DNA of 63,576 nucleotides, counting the filler, from Octopus bimaculoides (lineage: Eukaryota), in assembly GCF_001194135.2 (NCBI RefSeq). It is 5 parts of 5 records of this genome, joined end to end, with 100 filler letters (N's around TTAATTAATTAA, not from the genome) between each part and the next. Parts side by side here need not be neighbours in the genome. Positions count along the whole stretch, not along the records: positions 45,049 to 60,934 come from NC_068999.1; positions 61,035 to 62,286 come from NC_068986.1; positions 62,387 to 63,576 come from NC_068989.1; 2 more parts are not named here. One strand, 5' to 3'. Below, piece after piece: positions 51,215-63,576 of the stretch. The translations under genes were made by a program, and so were the position numbers. Numbering within the stretch: position 1 is the first letter of the stretch; every line of letters starts with the position of its first letter. Below the pieces are notes generated by a model that saw nothing but the letters and a program-made list of their open reading frames with translations, ran no database searches and was not told where the DNA came from.

Positions 51215-51939
51215 CAGATATAAGGAAATGAAACTAAAACGAAACTAATATAAAAAAAGAAAGCAAATGACGACAGCTTCAGTAATAAGAAATCGAATAA
51301 AATATGACAGAAATATAATAACAGAAGTGAAATAATGATAATAATGAAGACTTGCAGAAACTTCACATATTTGTAACCCAGGGAATATGGCAGCGTATTT
51401 TTATATTAGGGATAGCGTGTGTAAAATTGTTCACGAGATCATATTGTAATACGGCGTACACGTCAAGTGTGTACCACGCTGCTGCTTCTGCTTCTGTTGC
51501 TGGTGGCGGCGAAGCAGGTGTTGCTGGTGGTGCCTTCCTCTAGCATATACATCAGTTCGTATATAGTCGTTATTGTTACATATCGCGTTGTTGCCGTTAT
51601 TACATACTTATATACCATTTTATACATCGATACACACACACAAATGTATATATATATATACACATTTACACTGAGATATAAGCTGATATTTACGGGCACA
51701 TACGCAATACACGCACATGCACATATGTGTATATAAGTGTGCATTTGTGTGTGCGTGTGTGAGAGTGTGTGTGCATTATATTTTGTAACCTTACGAAAAT
51801 TTGTCGTAATTGTTTACGCATGCATGTATATAACGTCTTATGTGTGTGAGAGTTTGTTTGAGTGTGCGCTGCGCTTCCAAAGAGATATCAATAAATGATT
51901 GCATGTGATTGTACATATATGTATACGTGCCCCCCACAC

Positions 51940-51981
<42 letters not shown>

Positions 51982-52034
51982 NNNNNNNNNNGTGTGTATA
52001 AATCCATGTATGTATATATATGTGTATATGTGTT

Positions 52035-52071
<37 letters not shown>

Positions 52072-52789
52072 GGATAAAAGACAAAGAGTGTAATGTATAT
52101 GCATGTGAGGTGGGGACGAACATATAAGTTTTTGTGCAGCAGAGAATGAGTGTACAAGTATATACGGACAATCCAATATTCGCATTATGCATGGATGGTC
52201 TATTATAACCCCAAGGACACTCGTGTTAATTGTTTATACATACATGCATACATGCATACATTCGTATAGACACATATATACATATGTGCGTGTATGTAGA
52301 CGTATATATACATATACATATATATATATATATATATATGTACATTTATATATAGATATATATACATATAAATATATGTATATATGTATATATATGTATA
52401 TATGCATATATATCTTTGTGTGTGTGTGTGCACGTGTGTATACGTGTGTGCGTGTGCGCGCGCTCTTGCGTTTCTTAGAGGAATACCGATACGCGTGGAA
52501 GTGGATGTGTCGCAATGATGAGTAGGATAGATGCAGCTGTTATTACAATGCTCCGACCTTCTACCCTCAATAGCAAAACAAAATACATAAGAAATCGTGA
52601 AAGAAAAACCCTCTTTACTTCTGTATTGTGAATGTAAACACATTTACAATAGGGCAAGGGGCATCATTTCTCCCCCCCCTCTCTCTCTCTCTCTCTCAGT
52701 CTCTGTACCAAGCTACACACAACAGACACGCAGCCATCCATCTATACATACATGCATACGTACATACGTATTATTCTATTATTCTTTTT

Positions 52790-53004
52790 TTCATTCTTTT
52801 ATTTGGTGCAGTCATTTGACTGCGGCCATGCTGGGGCACCGCCTTTAGTCGAGCAAAATCGACCTCAGGACTTATTCTTTGTAAGGCTAGTACTTATTCA
52901 ACCGGTTCTGTTTTTGCCGAACCGCTAGGTGACGGGGACTTTAACACACCAGCATCGATTGTCAAGTGATGTTGGGGGACAAACACAGACATACAAACAT
53001 ATGC

Positions 53005-53005
<1 letters not shown>
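52790..53005 (-). mobile_element. SINE family C, 3' half
   Basis: cagtcatttgactgcggccatgctggggcaccgcc...gacaaacacagac. Confidence 0.88.
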
Positions 53006-53043
<38 letters not shown>

Positions 53044-54229
53044 NNNNNNNNNNNNNNNNNNNNNNNNNNNNNNNNNNNNNNNNNNNNNNNNNNNNNNNNN
53101 NNNNNNNNNNNNNNNNNNNNNNNNNNNNNNNNNNNNNNNNNNNNNNNNNNNNNNNNNNNNNNNNNNNNNNNNNNNNNNNNNNNNNNNNNNNNNNNNNNNN
53201 NNNNNNNNNNNNNNNNNNNNNNNNNNNNNNNNNNNNNNNNNNNNNNNNNNNNNNNNNNNNNNNNNNNNNNNNNNNNNNNNNNNNNNNNNNNNNNNNNNNN
53301 NNNNNNNNNNNNNNNNNNNNNNNNNNNNNNNNNNNNNNNNNNNNNNNNNNNNNNNNNNNNNNNNNNNNNNNNNNNNNNNNNNNNNNNNNNNNNNNNNNNN
53401 NNNNNNNNNNNNNNNNNNNNNNNNNNNNNNNNNNNNNNNNNNNNNNNNNNNNNNNNNNNNNNNNNNNNNNNNNNNNNNNNNNNNNNNNNNNNNNNNNNNN
53501 NNNNNNNNNNNNNNNNNNNNNNNNNNNNNNNNNNNNNNNNNNNNNNNNNNNNNNNNNNNNNNNNNNNNNNNNNNNNNNNNNNNNNNNNNNNNNNNNNNNN
53601 NNNNNNNNNNNNNNNNNNNNNNNNNNNNNNNNNNNNNNNNNNNNNNNNNNNNNNNNNNNNNNNNNNNNNNNNNNNNNNNNNNNNNNNNNNNNNNNNNNNN
53701 NNNNNNNNNNNNNNNNNNNNNNNNNNNNNNNNNNNNNNNNNNNNNNNNNNNNNNNNNNNNNNNNNNNNNNNNNNNNNNNNNNNATATATATATATATACG
53801 TGTGTGTGTACACACTTATAAATTACATAATTACTTTTCATTACTTGGAACCGCTGCGATATATTGCCGCTTATGTGCTGCCTGTGAATGTACATCCATT
53901 CGCTTATATGAGTGGATACGTATCTGATGCTATTGTCTCGTGATCAGAATAAAACCATGCCTATCTGCTATTCTCAAGATATTTATTCCTTTTGAATACG
54001 CACAGCTTTCTTAACGATAATATTTTACATGAATGAATATTTTGTATGAAATGATGGCAAATATCATTGTGAAGGTTGATTTAGCGGTGATTCTCGCTCA
54101 AGCTGAGTGTTCTACGGTAACTATTATCGTTGTAATTGTCGTTGTTGTTATTGCTGTGGTTGTCGAGTGCCACATCAGCCTTGAACATTTTCTCATGTTC
54201 CGTCCATTTTACTTGGGTTTGTCTCGAAT

Positions 54230-54720
54230 CGCAGATTCAAGAGATACTTTTTAAATACATCTATGTACATACACTTCAGGTAAATTTTGCGGTTCCTTTA
54301 GCAAGATATTAAAAATATGGGGCCTTTGAATCCAAGGATATTGCAGTATGTGTTCCTGATTGTCGACGGTGAGGTCATGGAGTCGTCCATGCTGTGAAAA
54401 CCAGTTCAGAGCTTAATATAGCTTTCAATACCGAAGCTTGGCTCAAGCTGTTTAAAAATCTGCATGTATAGTTCAGTGCATATCTTCGTCGTCTCTCCTG
54501 AAGTTATTAGATTTTTTTATACATTCTTAGATGTTGAATTGAGCAGTGAAGTGACATTTTTCGTGAAGCTCGAATGCTTCTAGATCTACTATTACTTTAG
54601 CACCGTTTGGAAGTAGTCCAGGCGTCTGAGAACAAATATTCCCCACAAGCGAAACATTTACTTCCTGTTGTCTCGGACGTCATTCAACCATCATTTCGTT
54701 CCTCGTTGCCATCAAGGTAA
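54230..54720 (-). mobile_element. Old CR1-clade LINE fragment
   Basis: VLRRLDY, ERRRRYAL, PSFGIESY, NTYCNILGFKGP parallel the 24 kb copy. Confidence 0.7.
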
Positions 54721-55092
54721 ATGTGTACATTGAAAAAAAATGCATCCTCGTTCATATTTATTCCGTCATCGCATACTGTCTATAATACTATGTTATATAT
54801 ATTTTATTTTATTTATGCTCCCTTTTTAAAGCCTTTCCAGGCTCATGGGCCCGGTTTCCCAGTTTCTATGGCGTATGGCGTATGAGACTACGATTTTTTC
54901 AATTACTAATTCATATTTTGTTAAAATTTTTAATTTACAAGTTTTTCAAACAAGCAAAAAGTTAATTAATCATTCTTCGTTTGACAAATTGTTTGTTATT
55001 CATGTTGTGTAAAAAACGCCTCTGGTATTTTATTTTAACGCCGGCTAGCTTTTATATCAGTGTGAGGAGAGAGAGAGAGGGGGAGAGAGAGA

Positions 55093-55132
<40 letters not shown>

Positions 55133-55414
55133 GGGGGAGAGAAAGAGAGAGAGAGACAATGAGTGGGGTAGAGAAAGAGACAGACAGACTCATAGACAGA
55201 CAGGCTGAGATATTTGTAATAATGTGTAAATTTATTATATATTAACCTTTACTTTGTATTTGTTTTTTTTTTTTTTGNNNNNNNNNNAAAGAGACAGACA
55301 GACTCATAGACAGACAGGCTGAGATATTTGTAATAATGTGTAAATTTATTATATATTAACCTTTACTTTGTATTTGTTTTTTGTTTTTTTTGGTTATTTA
55401 TTGTTTTCTTGCAC

Positions 55415-55629
55415 TAAGACGGCGAGCTGGCAGAATCGTTAGCACGTCGGGCGAAATGCTTAGCGGTATTTCGTTTGTCTTTACGTTCTGAGTTCAAATT
55501 CCACCGAGGTCGACTTTACCTTTCATCCTCTCGGGGTCGATAAATTAAGTACCAGTTGCGTACTGGGATCGATCTAATCGACTGGTCCCCTCCCCCAAAA
55601 TTTCGGGCCTTGTGCCTTGAGTAGAAAAG
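55415..55629 (+). mobile_element. SINE family A, young full-length copy
   Basis: Complete head, core and tail. Confidence 0.92.
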
Positions 55630-57344
55630 AGCATTGTTTCCATATTTCAAAAACGTCGATTATGTCCCGACTTTGTTCCATATTTAAGCTAGTTTAAAGC
55701 CGTAACATTCGAATTTGCTGCGTTAGTTAACAATTTGGATTGTGTCTCTAGTTCGGTTTTAGTTATTTAAAACGCAACACTCGAACAAATTTCATTATTT
55801 TAAAGAATACGATTATATCTTGTATGCCGTTCAATATTTAAATTGCTGAAAGGAAAAAACCTCGGAATTTTGTTGCATTATATTAAAAAATCTTAGTCAT
55901 GTCTTCGTTTACGCTCTACAATTAATATTACATATATTAAATATATTTCTAATTAGAAAAATATTAGATACAATTCTTAATATGTATATTTGAATATATA
56001 TTTATATTGTAGAATAGACAACAATGGGGGAGTGGAGACAAACGAGGTCAGAATGAATAGAGTTCAGAGGGAGATGGATATAGAAGAATAAGAACATAGA
56101 TATAGAGAGGGGGAAAGAGAGAGAGAGAAGGAGAGGGATGGGCGTGAATAGGGACCAGATAGTAAGAGGGAGAAAAGAAGATTAGATGGAGGAGTGAAAG
56201 AGAGGATGTGAGAAAGATGTTGTAACAGGTGAAGTGGTGATAGAGAAANNNNNNNNNNNNNNNNNNNNNNNNNNNNNNNNNNNNNNNNNNNNNNNNNNNN
56301 NNNNNNNNNNNNNNNNNNNNNNNNNNNNNNNNNNNNNNNNNNNNNNNNNNNNNNNNNNNNNNNNNNNNNNNNNNNNNNNNNNNNNNNNNNNNNNNNNNNN
56401 NNNNNNNNNNNNNNNNNNNNNNNNNNNNNNNNNNNNNNNNNNNNNNNNNNNNNNNNNNNNNNNNNNNNNNNNNNNNNNNNNNNNNNNNNNNNNNNNNNNN
56501 NNNNNNNNNNNNNNNNNNNNNNNNNNNNNNNNNNNNNNNNNNNNNNNNNNNNNNNNNNNNNNNNNNNNNNNNNNNNNNNNNNNNNNNNNNNNNNNNNNGA
56601 GAGAGAGAGAGAGAAACAGGCACACAGAGAGAGAGAGAGAGAGAGAGAGAAACAGGCAGAGAGAGAGAGAGAGAAAGAAAGATGAAGAGAGAAATGAGAT
56701 AATGAGACTCTAACAGATGAAGAGTGAGAATAACAAAGTGACAGAGAAGGAAACAGAAGGAGAAAAAAAATAGGGAAAGAGAGGAGAATAAAGACTAAAA
56801 AGAAAAATGGGAAAAGGAGAAGAGAAAGAGAGAGGATGTGAGAGAAACGGTGAGAGGAAGAGAGAATGCGATGGAGATGTTATGACTCATGGAAAACCTG
56901 TAAAACAGGGGAGTAAAGAAATGAAATCGCCCAGATACAATGGCTAACTTTCTCCTTTTCAGATGGCGTATTCAGACCTTACATCCGGTACAGGGGAATC
57001 ATATTATTGTCTGTCTATTGACCAAAAGAATCCTTCTTTCTACAGAGATTTCTTTGCGCGTTGATGAAATTCGAAGCAAAATGCAATCGAACTCCGCGTC
57101 TCTTCATTCTAGTCCCCCCCTCCGGCCGCCACCAAAACAAGAAAAAAAAAACCGAATAAATTTATATAAACATTGTGTAATCCAAATATTTTTCTTTGCT
57201 AACGATTGCACGGTGTCATACGAAACTTCATAGATATGAATGAAGCGTAAAAATCAATATTTAATATTTGATATTTATATTTTCACATGCATTATGGGTG
57301 CATGTTATTACAATTTATATGTATTCGTTATGTAAATACACGTC

Positions 57345-57840
57345 ATAGTAGTTTGGGTGTCGGGTTTACGATTACAATATCTTATGTTCGATTCTTGGGC
57401 CGGGTGGCACCTTCTTTCACGCTGCTCAATTGAAAATGAGTACCAGCTTAGGGTTAGCAAAGCTTTCTCTCCGTCCAGCAGTCTTGTTTACGATTTTTTT
57501 CCCAGGTCAGGAGTAGAAGAACTGAGAGAGTGCGTGTATCTGTTCTCAACTAAATATTCACTTAAACAATCAGACAATTATTGAAAGCGTGCTACATGCT
57601 ACCACTCAGGGCTCGCTTGCGAATAACGGCAGCGCTTTTCAGCTGGCAGAAATGAATTTTACCTGTAATTCAAAAGGGCCAGATTTGTCACATTCTCGGT
57701 CATGCTGATTCACCCTGAGAACTGCGTTAAGAGTACAAGTGTCTGGAGTGCTTAGCCACTTTCACGTTAATTCCACGAGCAAGCTGATCCGTTAATCGGA
57801 TCAACCTGAACCCTCCTCGTTGTAGCCAATGGAGTACTGT
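57345..57840 (+). mobile_element. Diverged SINE family B pieces
   Basis: aaagggccagatttgtcac...cacgttaattccacgagcaagctg. Confidence 0.65.
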
Positions 57841-57846
57841 ACGCTT

Positions 57847-57882
<36 letters not shown>

Positions 57883-59438
57883 AAGAAACCCACCGTAAAC
57901 TATAATTCCCTGAAAAAGTTTAACCTTTATCGAAATTAGTCTCAGTGGGGGACAACTTCAAAACAAAATACAAAAGGTTCACACAGAAAAGAAAACATAC
58001 AAATAAACGCAGACATCCCATCTTCAGCTACCTATCAGAGGTCATTTATGATTTCGACACTTGGCAGTATCATTCAGTCGGATGGTATCAGCATGAAAAA
58101 TATAAACGCTACAAACAGACCAACACAAAAAAACACACATGTGCGTGTGTGTGTGTGTGTGGAGGGGTGTATAATGGGATGCAAATTTACATAAGTGACT
58201 CACATTTATTACATCCAGCATCTTTGCCTTAGATCCTCAATTCTTCAAAAGAGCTGAAGAGGTACCTTCGTGATACCCTGAGTATCTTGGTCAGTTTTGG
58301 TCGGACCAAACAAAGCCTATTCCTCTCCCGGTCTAACCGCCACCGACGTCTTCCAGAAATACCGAGAGGAAGCAAAGATTCGACAACACCACAGCACTGG
58401 TAGTTTATTTATCGATTCCGAGAGGAGGAGAAAAGGCTAAGTTTATCTCGATTGCAGAGCACAGAAAGCCAGAACGAATACTGCCTACTGGCCGCGTTCA
58501 CCGACATCTATGTAAATCATAAATTATATTTCCTTCGGTGTAAATATACCAACGAGAAGCAGCTACAGAGATTATAAATCACATTTATTAGACCAGACAT
58601 AGACAGAGGGACATTTAACCTTAAACACAAATATTCTAATTATGGATGAATGGTTTCTTATGCTGTCTGTCGATCTCTGCGGCATCTTTCCTAGATGTCT
58701 TCTTAAAGAGTAATAATAATAATAATGATAATAATAATAATAATAATAATGATGATGATGATGATGATAATGATAATAGTATATCTGAAAATATTTGGTT
58801 CATTCATTCGTTTATTTATTTACAATCATTGTCAAGAAACGAAATTAATAAAGAGCTGATTAATCTCAGCCAATGATAAATAAACAGAATCATTGATTAA
58901 TTAAACATAGTCACTAGCCAGCTTTATAGAATAAATAATAAGAAAGGAGAAGTAATTTTAGCAAGTAGAATAGAAACAAACGGTTGTTGGTGTATAAAAG
59001 TAGACAGCTGTTGAATGCCGTGGCTTGCTCGACGCTGGAGGGGGAGGTGTGACAATTAACAGCGCAAACACTGCTGCCTTTACACCGTCGCTCACTCTCA
59101 CTCTTTCTCGCTGTGACTTTCTCTTTGTCTTCTCTACCTGATGCACACTTAAAGTCTATCAAATCCATTGCAAAGAGGGAGAGAGAGAGAGAGAGCACTT
59201 TGCTCTCATGTGTCTATTCCCTGCTGAGGTTACCATGGTCTTTTCCGTAGGCTTTTCTCTCCATGGGTAAACCTAATGTTACCCCATTTTACACTATTGA
59301 CATTTTCTCTGATATACGATACCCTTTTTTTTTTTGCCCCTACCAATCCCTTTTGTATTTGTCCCCTCTGTGTGCAGCCCTGTGTGGCTAATAAAAGAAA
59401 GATATTTATCTATCAATCAATCTATCTATCTATCTATC

Positions 59439-59489
<51 letters not shown>

Positions 59490-59514
59490 ATCTATCTATC
59501 TATCTATCTATCTG

Positions 59515-59577
<63 letters not shown>

Positions 59578-59578
<1 letters not shown>

Positions 59579-59815
59579 CGTGGGCAGAGATAAGAATACA
59601 CGGGGGTGCGAATGCCTCAGAGAACTGCTCAGACGCTTTCAACCGTCTGACGGGTACCGACTCGCCCACCCGAATGCGCCAACGTGGACATGGAGCAGCC
59701 GCAGCGGGTCCTCGAGATCGTATCTAGATAGGATGCTGTGTAGGACGGTAGATAGAGATAGCGTAGGGTGTCCACAATTCCACATAATCAGCTACACCGA
59801 TCATATCCACCCGAA
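59578..59815 (+). mobile_element. Tx1/L1-type AP-endonuclease fragment
   Basis: DGYRLAHPNAPTWTWSSRSGSSRSYLDRMLC...SYTDH matches the APE TW..SRLDR..SDH motifs. Confidence 0.8.
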
Positions 59816-60055
59816 TGATATATCCCTCCAAACTCTCTCTCTCTCTCTCACACGCACACACACACACACACACACACCGGTACATAGATGGATAGATGAA
59901 TAGATAGATAGATTGATAGATATAATTATAGTTCATGTTATAGATATTTGTACGTATGTTTGTGTGAATAATATGCGTATTTGATTAAATGCCCATATTT
60001 TAGAAGTCTACAGAGTACAAATGAGCTATGTATGTATAAACATTTTGGTACTCAC

Positions 60056-60124
60056 TTCGCGTTTAAGCCAGCCATTATCTTTTAACTGGCGGCAGCAGTG
60101 CTTCGGCATTAACGACACGACTTT
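60056..60124 (-). CDS. CCDC83: Internal coding exon (69 nt, phase 0/0) KVVSLMPKHCCRQLKDNGWLKRE of a CCDC83-like gene
   Basis: Minus-strand acceptor ttttcatttattgttgcag| and donor GAA|gtgagt with an open frame. Joins in frame to the 47550 exon to give WLKRE-IELH, matching my recollection of vertebrate CCDC83 (NDWLKKEIAIHRKEVEEL). Confidence 0.78.
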
Positions 60125-60269
60125 CTGCAACAATAAATGAAAATCTATTAAAATCTAAATAATCAAAATGGCTACCATCATATGCGAAATTTTAACTTCC
60201 GGTAACATTCAACCATTGTCTGCTTAAGATAAAAGGTTTTGATCAGTTTAGCGCACTTTCTTTTATTTG

Positions 60270-60445
60270 TTTTGGTTGTTTTAGACATTTGACCACGGCC
60301 AAGATGGAGCATCATCATGAATGGTTTAAGTTTAGGTACTTACACTTTTGGCCTATTTTACTGAACCCACTATGTTACGGGGACGTAAACAAACCAACAA
60401 ACACCGGTTGTCAGCCGGTGGTTCGGGGACCAACAACACAAATTC
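60270..60445 (-). mobile_element. Diverged SINE family C, 3' half
   Basis: atttgaccacggccaagatggagcatc...gttacggggacgtaaac. Confidence 0.7.
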
Positions 60446-60629
60446 AACGATACACATACACACGCATACACGCTCTCTCACCAACACATACACACACATA
60501 TTCAAGCACACGCGCGCGCACACAATCACACGCACAGACTCACAGACGCTCGTACACATACATACACACATGCACACACACACACACACACACAAACATG
60601 CGTGCACACACATTCATATACATGCTTCA

Positions 60630-60673
<44 letters not shown>

Positions 60674-60810
60674 CGATGCACTCAAATACCTTGTTAGCCT
60701 TCTCTTTTTGACTCTCGACTTTCTCCGTCATGGTTCCTTCTACTCTGTCTCTCTCGTGAACCAACTGATCTGTCAGAGTCGCTGAAATAGATAAAGTGAT
60801 AGAGAGACAA

Positions 60811-60863
<53 letters not shown>

Positions 60864-60870
60864 TAGATAG

Positions 60871-60901
<31 letters not shown>

Positions 60902-61074
60902 GATAGATAGGTAGATAGATAGACAGACACACACNNNNNNNNNNNNNNNNNNNNNNNNNNNNNNNNNNNNNNNNNNNNTTAATTAATTAANNNNNNNNNN
61001 NNNNNNNNNNNNNNNNNNNNNNNNNNNNNNNNNNTTGAAGCTTTGTGTTTGTAGTAGAAAGGATTATTATTATT

Positions 61075-61571
61075 ACTGAGAGAGAAGGGCATGCCATCAA
61101 AGTGACACTGGGGTAAAATATACGAAGCCCAGTATACCCATCATGACTACCCGTCTGATAAGGGTACATCAGGCATATTCATCACAACCATATGTGCGCA
61201 ACATAGTGGTCTCATATCAAGATAAACAGCACATGACCTTATAGGTGGGGCCCAGTTAGAATTTTTTTCAGGTCGAGTAGCCCATCCCACTCAAAAGGTC
61301 CTTGAATAAAGGTTGTTTGAGGATGTCGAACGAAATAACCATGTTTCCAAAGGTGAATTATCCAAACCCCAAAGAATTCCTTTCAACACATGACTATGAC
61401 ATGCTCAACTAGTTAAGAGCAAGCAACTGACAAGCAAATCTGTGGTATTAAGCAGAATATTTGCTGTAACCCATCTTTTATACCAAGACAAAACAATGTA
61501 CATGATAACACATCCAATCAGTTAAGATGAGAAGCCATGAGAGCCACTGCCTGGTACTGCATCAGGGCATT
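61075..61571. mobile_element. Non-coding ~500-bp repeat-like element flanked by (TTA)n
   Basis: Higher-complexity block with sharp borders between a SINE A tail and a 230-bp (TTA/TTG)n tract. Repetitiveness is inferred. Confidence 0.55.
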
Positions 61572-61600
61572 TATTATTATTATTGTTGTTGTTGTTGTTG

Positions 61601-61650
<50 letters not shown>

Positions 61651-61741
61651 GTTATTATTATTATTATTATTATTATTGTTGTTGTTGTTATTATTATTAT
61701 TATTATTACTGTTATTATTATTATTATTATTGTTCTTGTTG

Positions 61742-61800
<59 letters not shown>
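61572..61800. repeat. (TTA/TTG)n tract
   Basis: Seen directly. Confidence 0.97.
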
Positions 61801-61802
<2 letters not shown>

Positions 61803-61804
61803 AA

Positions 61805-61960
61805 GTAGTGCGCTGGCAGAAGCGTTAGCACTCCGGGCAGAATGCTTAGCGGCATTTCGTCCGTCTTTCTGTTCTGTGCTCAAGCTCTACCGGGGTTGAC
61901 TTTGCCTTTCGTCCTTTCGGGGTCGATAAATTAAGTACCAGTGAAACACTAGGATCGGTA
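61805..61960 (+). mobile_element. SINE family A, 5' part
   Basis: gctggcagaagcgttagcac...ggggtcgataaattaagtaccag. Confidence 0.85.
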
Positions 61961-62198
61961 AACTAAAGTACCAATGAAATATTTAGGCCGAAATGAAATA
62001 CTCACCTCAAAATTGGTGGCATCGTGCACAAAATTTTAATCAAATATAATTATAATCAGAAATCATTCAGCAGTAGAAACATATGTTAGTCATTGTTATA
62101 CATACTGTTGAAAACATTTTGATATAAAAGATTTGGATGAGAATATATCTCTATACTCCTCTTGGATTTCAATTATACATACGTGCATACATACATAC

Positions 62199-62229
<31 letters not shown>

Positions 62230-62388
62230 CATACACGCACACATACACACATATACATTTATTTAAAAGCAACCTTTTAAATCACTNNNNNNNNNNNNNN
62301 NNNNNNNNNNNNNNNNNNNNNNNNNNNNNNTTAATTAATTAANNNNNNNNNNNNNNNNNNNNNNNNNNNNNNNNNNNNNNNNNNNNCT

Positions 62389-62471
<83 letters not shown>

Positions 62472-62476
62472 GTCTA

Positions 62477-63050
62477 TTGGACACTAAACTCCACTTGCGA
62501 AGACCTGTTGAGGCAAGTGAAATCGAAATCGAGTTAAATTGGACACTAAACTCCACTTGCGAAAACCTGTTGAGGCAATTGAAATTGAAATCGAGTTAAA
62601 TTTGACGACTGGCACCAATGCCAACGTCGTCTCCCTCATTGGACATGAAACTCAGCTTGCGAAGACTTATTGGGGCAAGCGAAAGCGAAATTGTGATGAC
62701 ATCTGTGCCCAGCGACGCCTTTCTGGCACTTGTACCCGCGGCATGTGTAAGGACTGTTGAGCGAGATCGTTGCCAGTGCCCCTGGACTGGCTCTTGTGCG
62801 GGTGGCACATAAAATACACCATTCTGAGCGTGGCTGTTACCAGTACCGCCTGACTGGCCTTCGTGCCAGTGGCACATAAAAGCACCCACTACACTCTCTG
62901 AGTGGTTGGCGTTAGGAAGGGCATCCAGCTGTAGAAACGCTGCCAAATCAGATTGGAGCCTGGTGTAGCCATCTGGTTTCACCAGTCCTCAGTCAAATCG
63001 TCCAACCCATGCTATCATGGAAAGCGGACGTTAAACGACGACGATGATGA
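62477..63050 (+). mobile_element. SINE-like family F copy with (GAT)n tail
   Basis: GAGTGGTTGGCGTTAGGAAGGGCATCCAGC block, repeated gtggcac(g/a)taaaa units, 62-bp head duplication. Confidence 0.75.
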
Positions 63051-63071
63051 TGATGATATATATATATATAT

Positions 63072-63445
63072 GCCAGAGCAGCTGTCTGGCTTCCATGCCA
63101 GTGGCACGTAAATAGCACCATTTGAGCATGATCATTACCAGCGTCACCTTCCCAGTACTTGTGCTGGAGCACATAAAAAGACATTCGAGCGAGGTCATTG
63201 CCAGTCCCAGTGGCACGTAAAATACACCATTTTGAGTGTGGCTGTTGCCAGTACCACCTGGCTGGTCTTTGTGCTGGTGGCACATAAAAGCACCCACTAC
63301 ACTCTTGGAGTGGTTGGCATTAGGAAGGGCTTCCAGTCGTAGAAATTCTGCCAAATCAGATTGGAGCCATCTAGCTCACCAGCCGTCAGTCAAATCGTCC
63401 AACCCATGCTAGCATGGAAAGTGGACGTTAAACGATGATGATGAT
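63072..63445 (+). mobile_element. SINE-like family F, second tandem copy
   Basis: Repeats 62770-63050. Confidence 0.8.
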
Positions 63446-63534
63446 GATGATGATATATATATATGTCTATATATATATGCGTGTGTGTGTGTTTATATAT
63501 ATATATATATATATGTGTGTGTCAATATATATAC

Positions 63535-63575
<41 letters not shown>

Positions 63576-63576
63576 T

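Noticed and set aside
55181-55385. Direct duplication across a 10-N gap (a similar case at 23841-23948)
   Set aside because: Unmerged contig overlap.
61999-62045. Minus-strand donor GAG|gtgagt as an upstream CCDC83 exon
   Set aside because: The phase-0 frame hits a stop within 10 codons and there is no acceptor.

Overview
Repeat-saturated, gap-rich eukaryotic DNA with many N blocks and microsatellites. The repeat families and composition point to an Octopus-type cephalopod draft assembly (inference). Almost every ORF in the supplied track is a microsatellite or N-gap artefact. Supported content: (1) three minus-strand exons (60124-60056, 47550-47429, 46660-46533) that splice in frame into a coiled-coil peptide closely resembling my recollection of CCDC83; (2) a dense set of non-LTR retrotransposon fragments (R4/Dong-type with RLE endonuclease tied to (TAA)n tracts, Tx1, CR1, RTE), at least five tRNA-type SINE families, a Gypsy pol remnant, Tc1/mariner, hAT, MULE and Helentron-like DNA elements; (3) several hammerhead-ribozyme-like motifs in Penelope/retrozyme-type repeats. 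These include an inverted pair whose consensus rebuilds a type I hammerhead with a 13-bp helix II, and a minimal motif with a compensatory U3:A8 core. Two SINE families share their 3' tails with LINEs present in the same window (one Tx1-like, one CR1-like), and Dong-type insertions sit in the (ATT)n tails of one of those SINEs. All family assignments were made by eye from motifs; no database searches were run.
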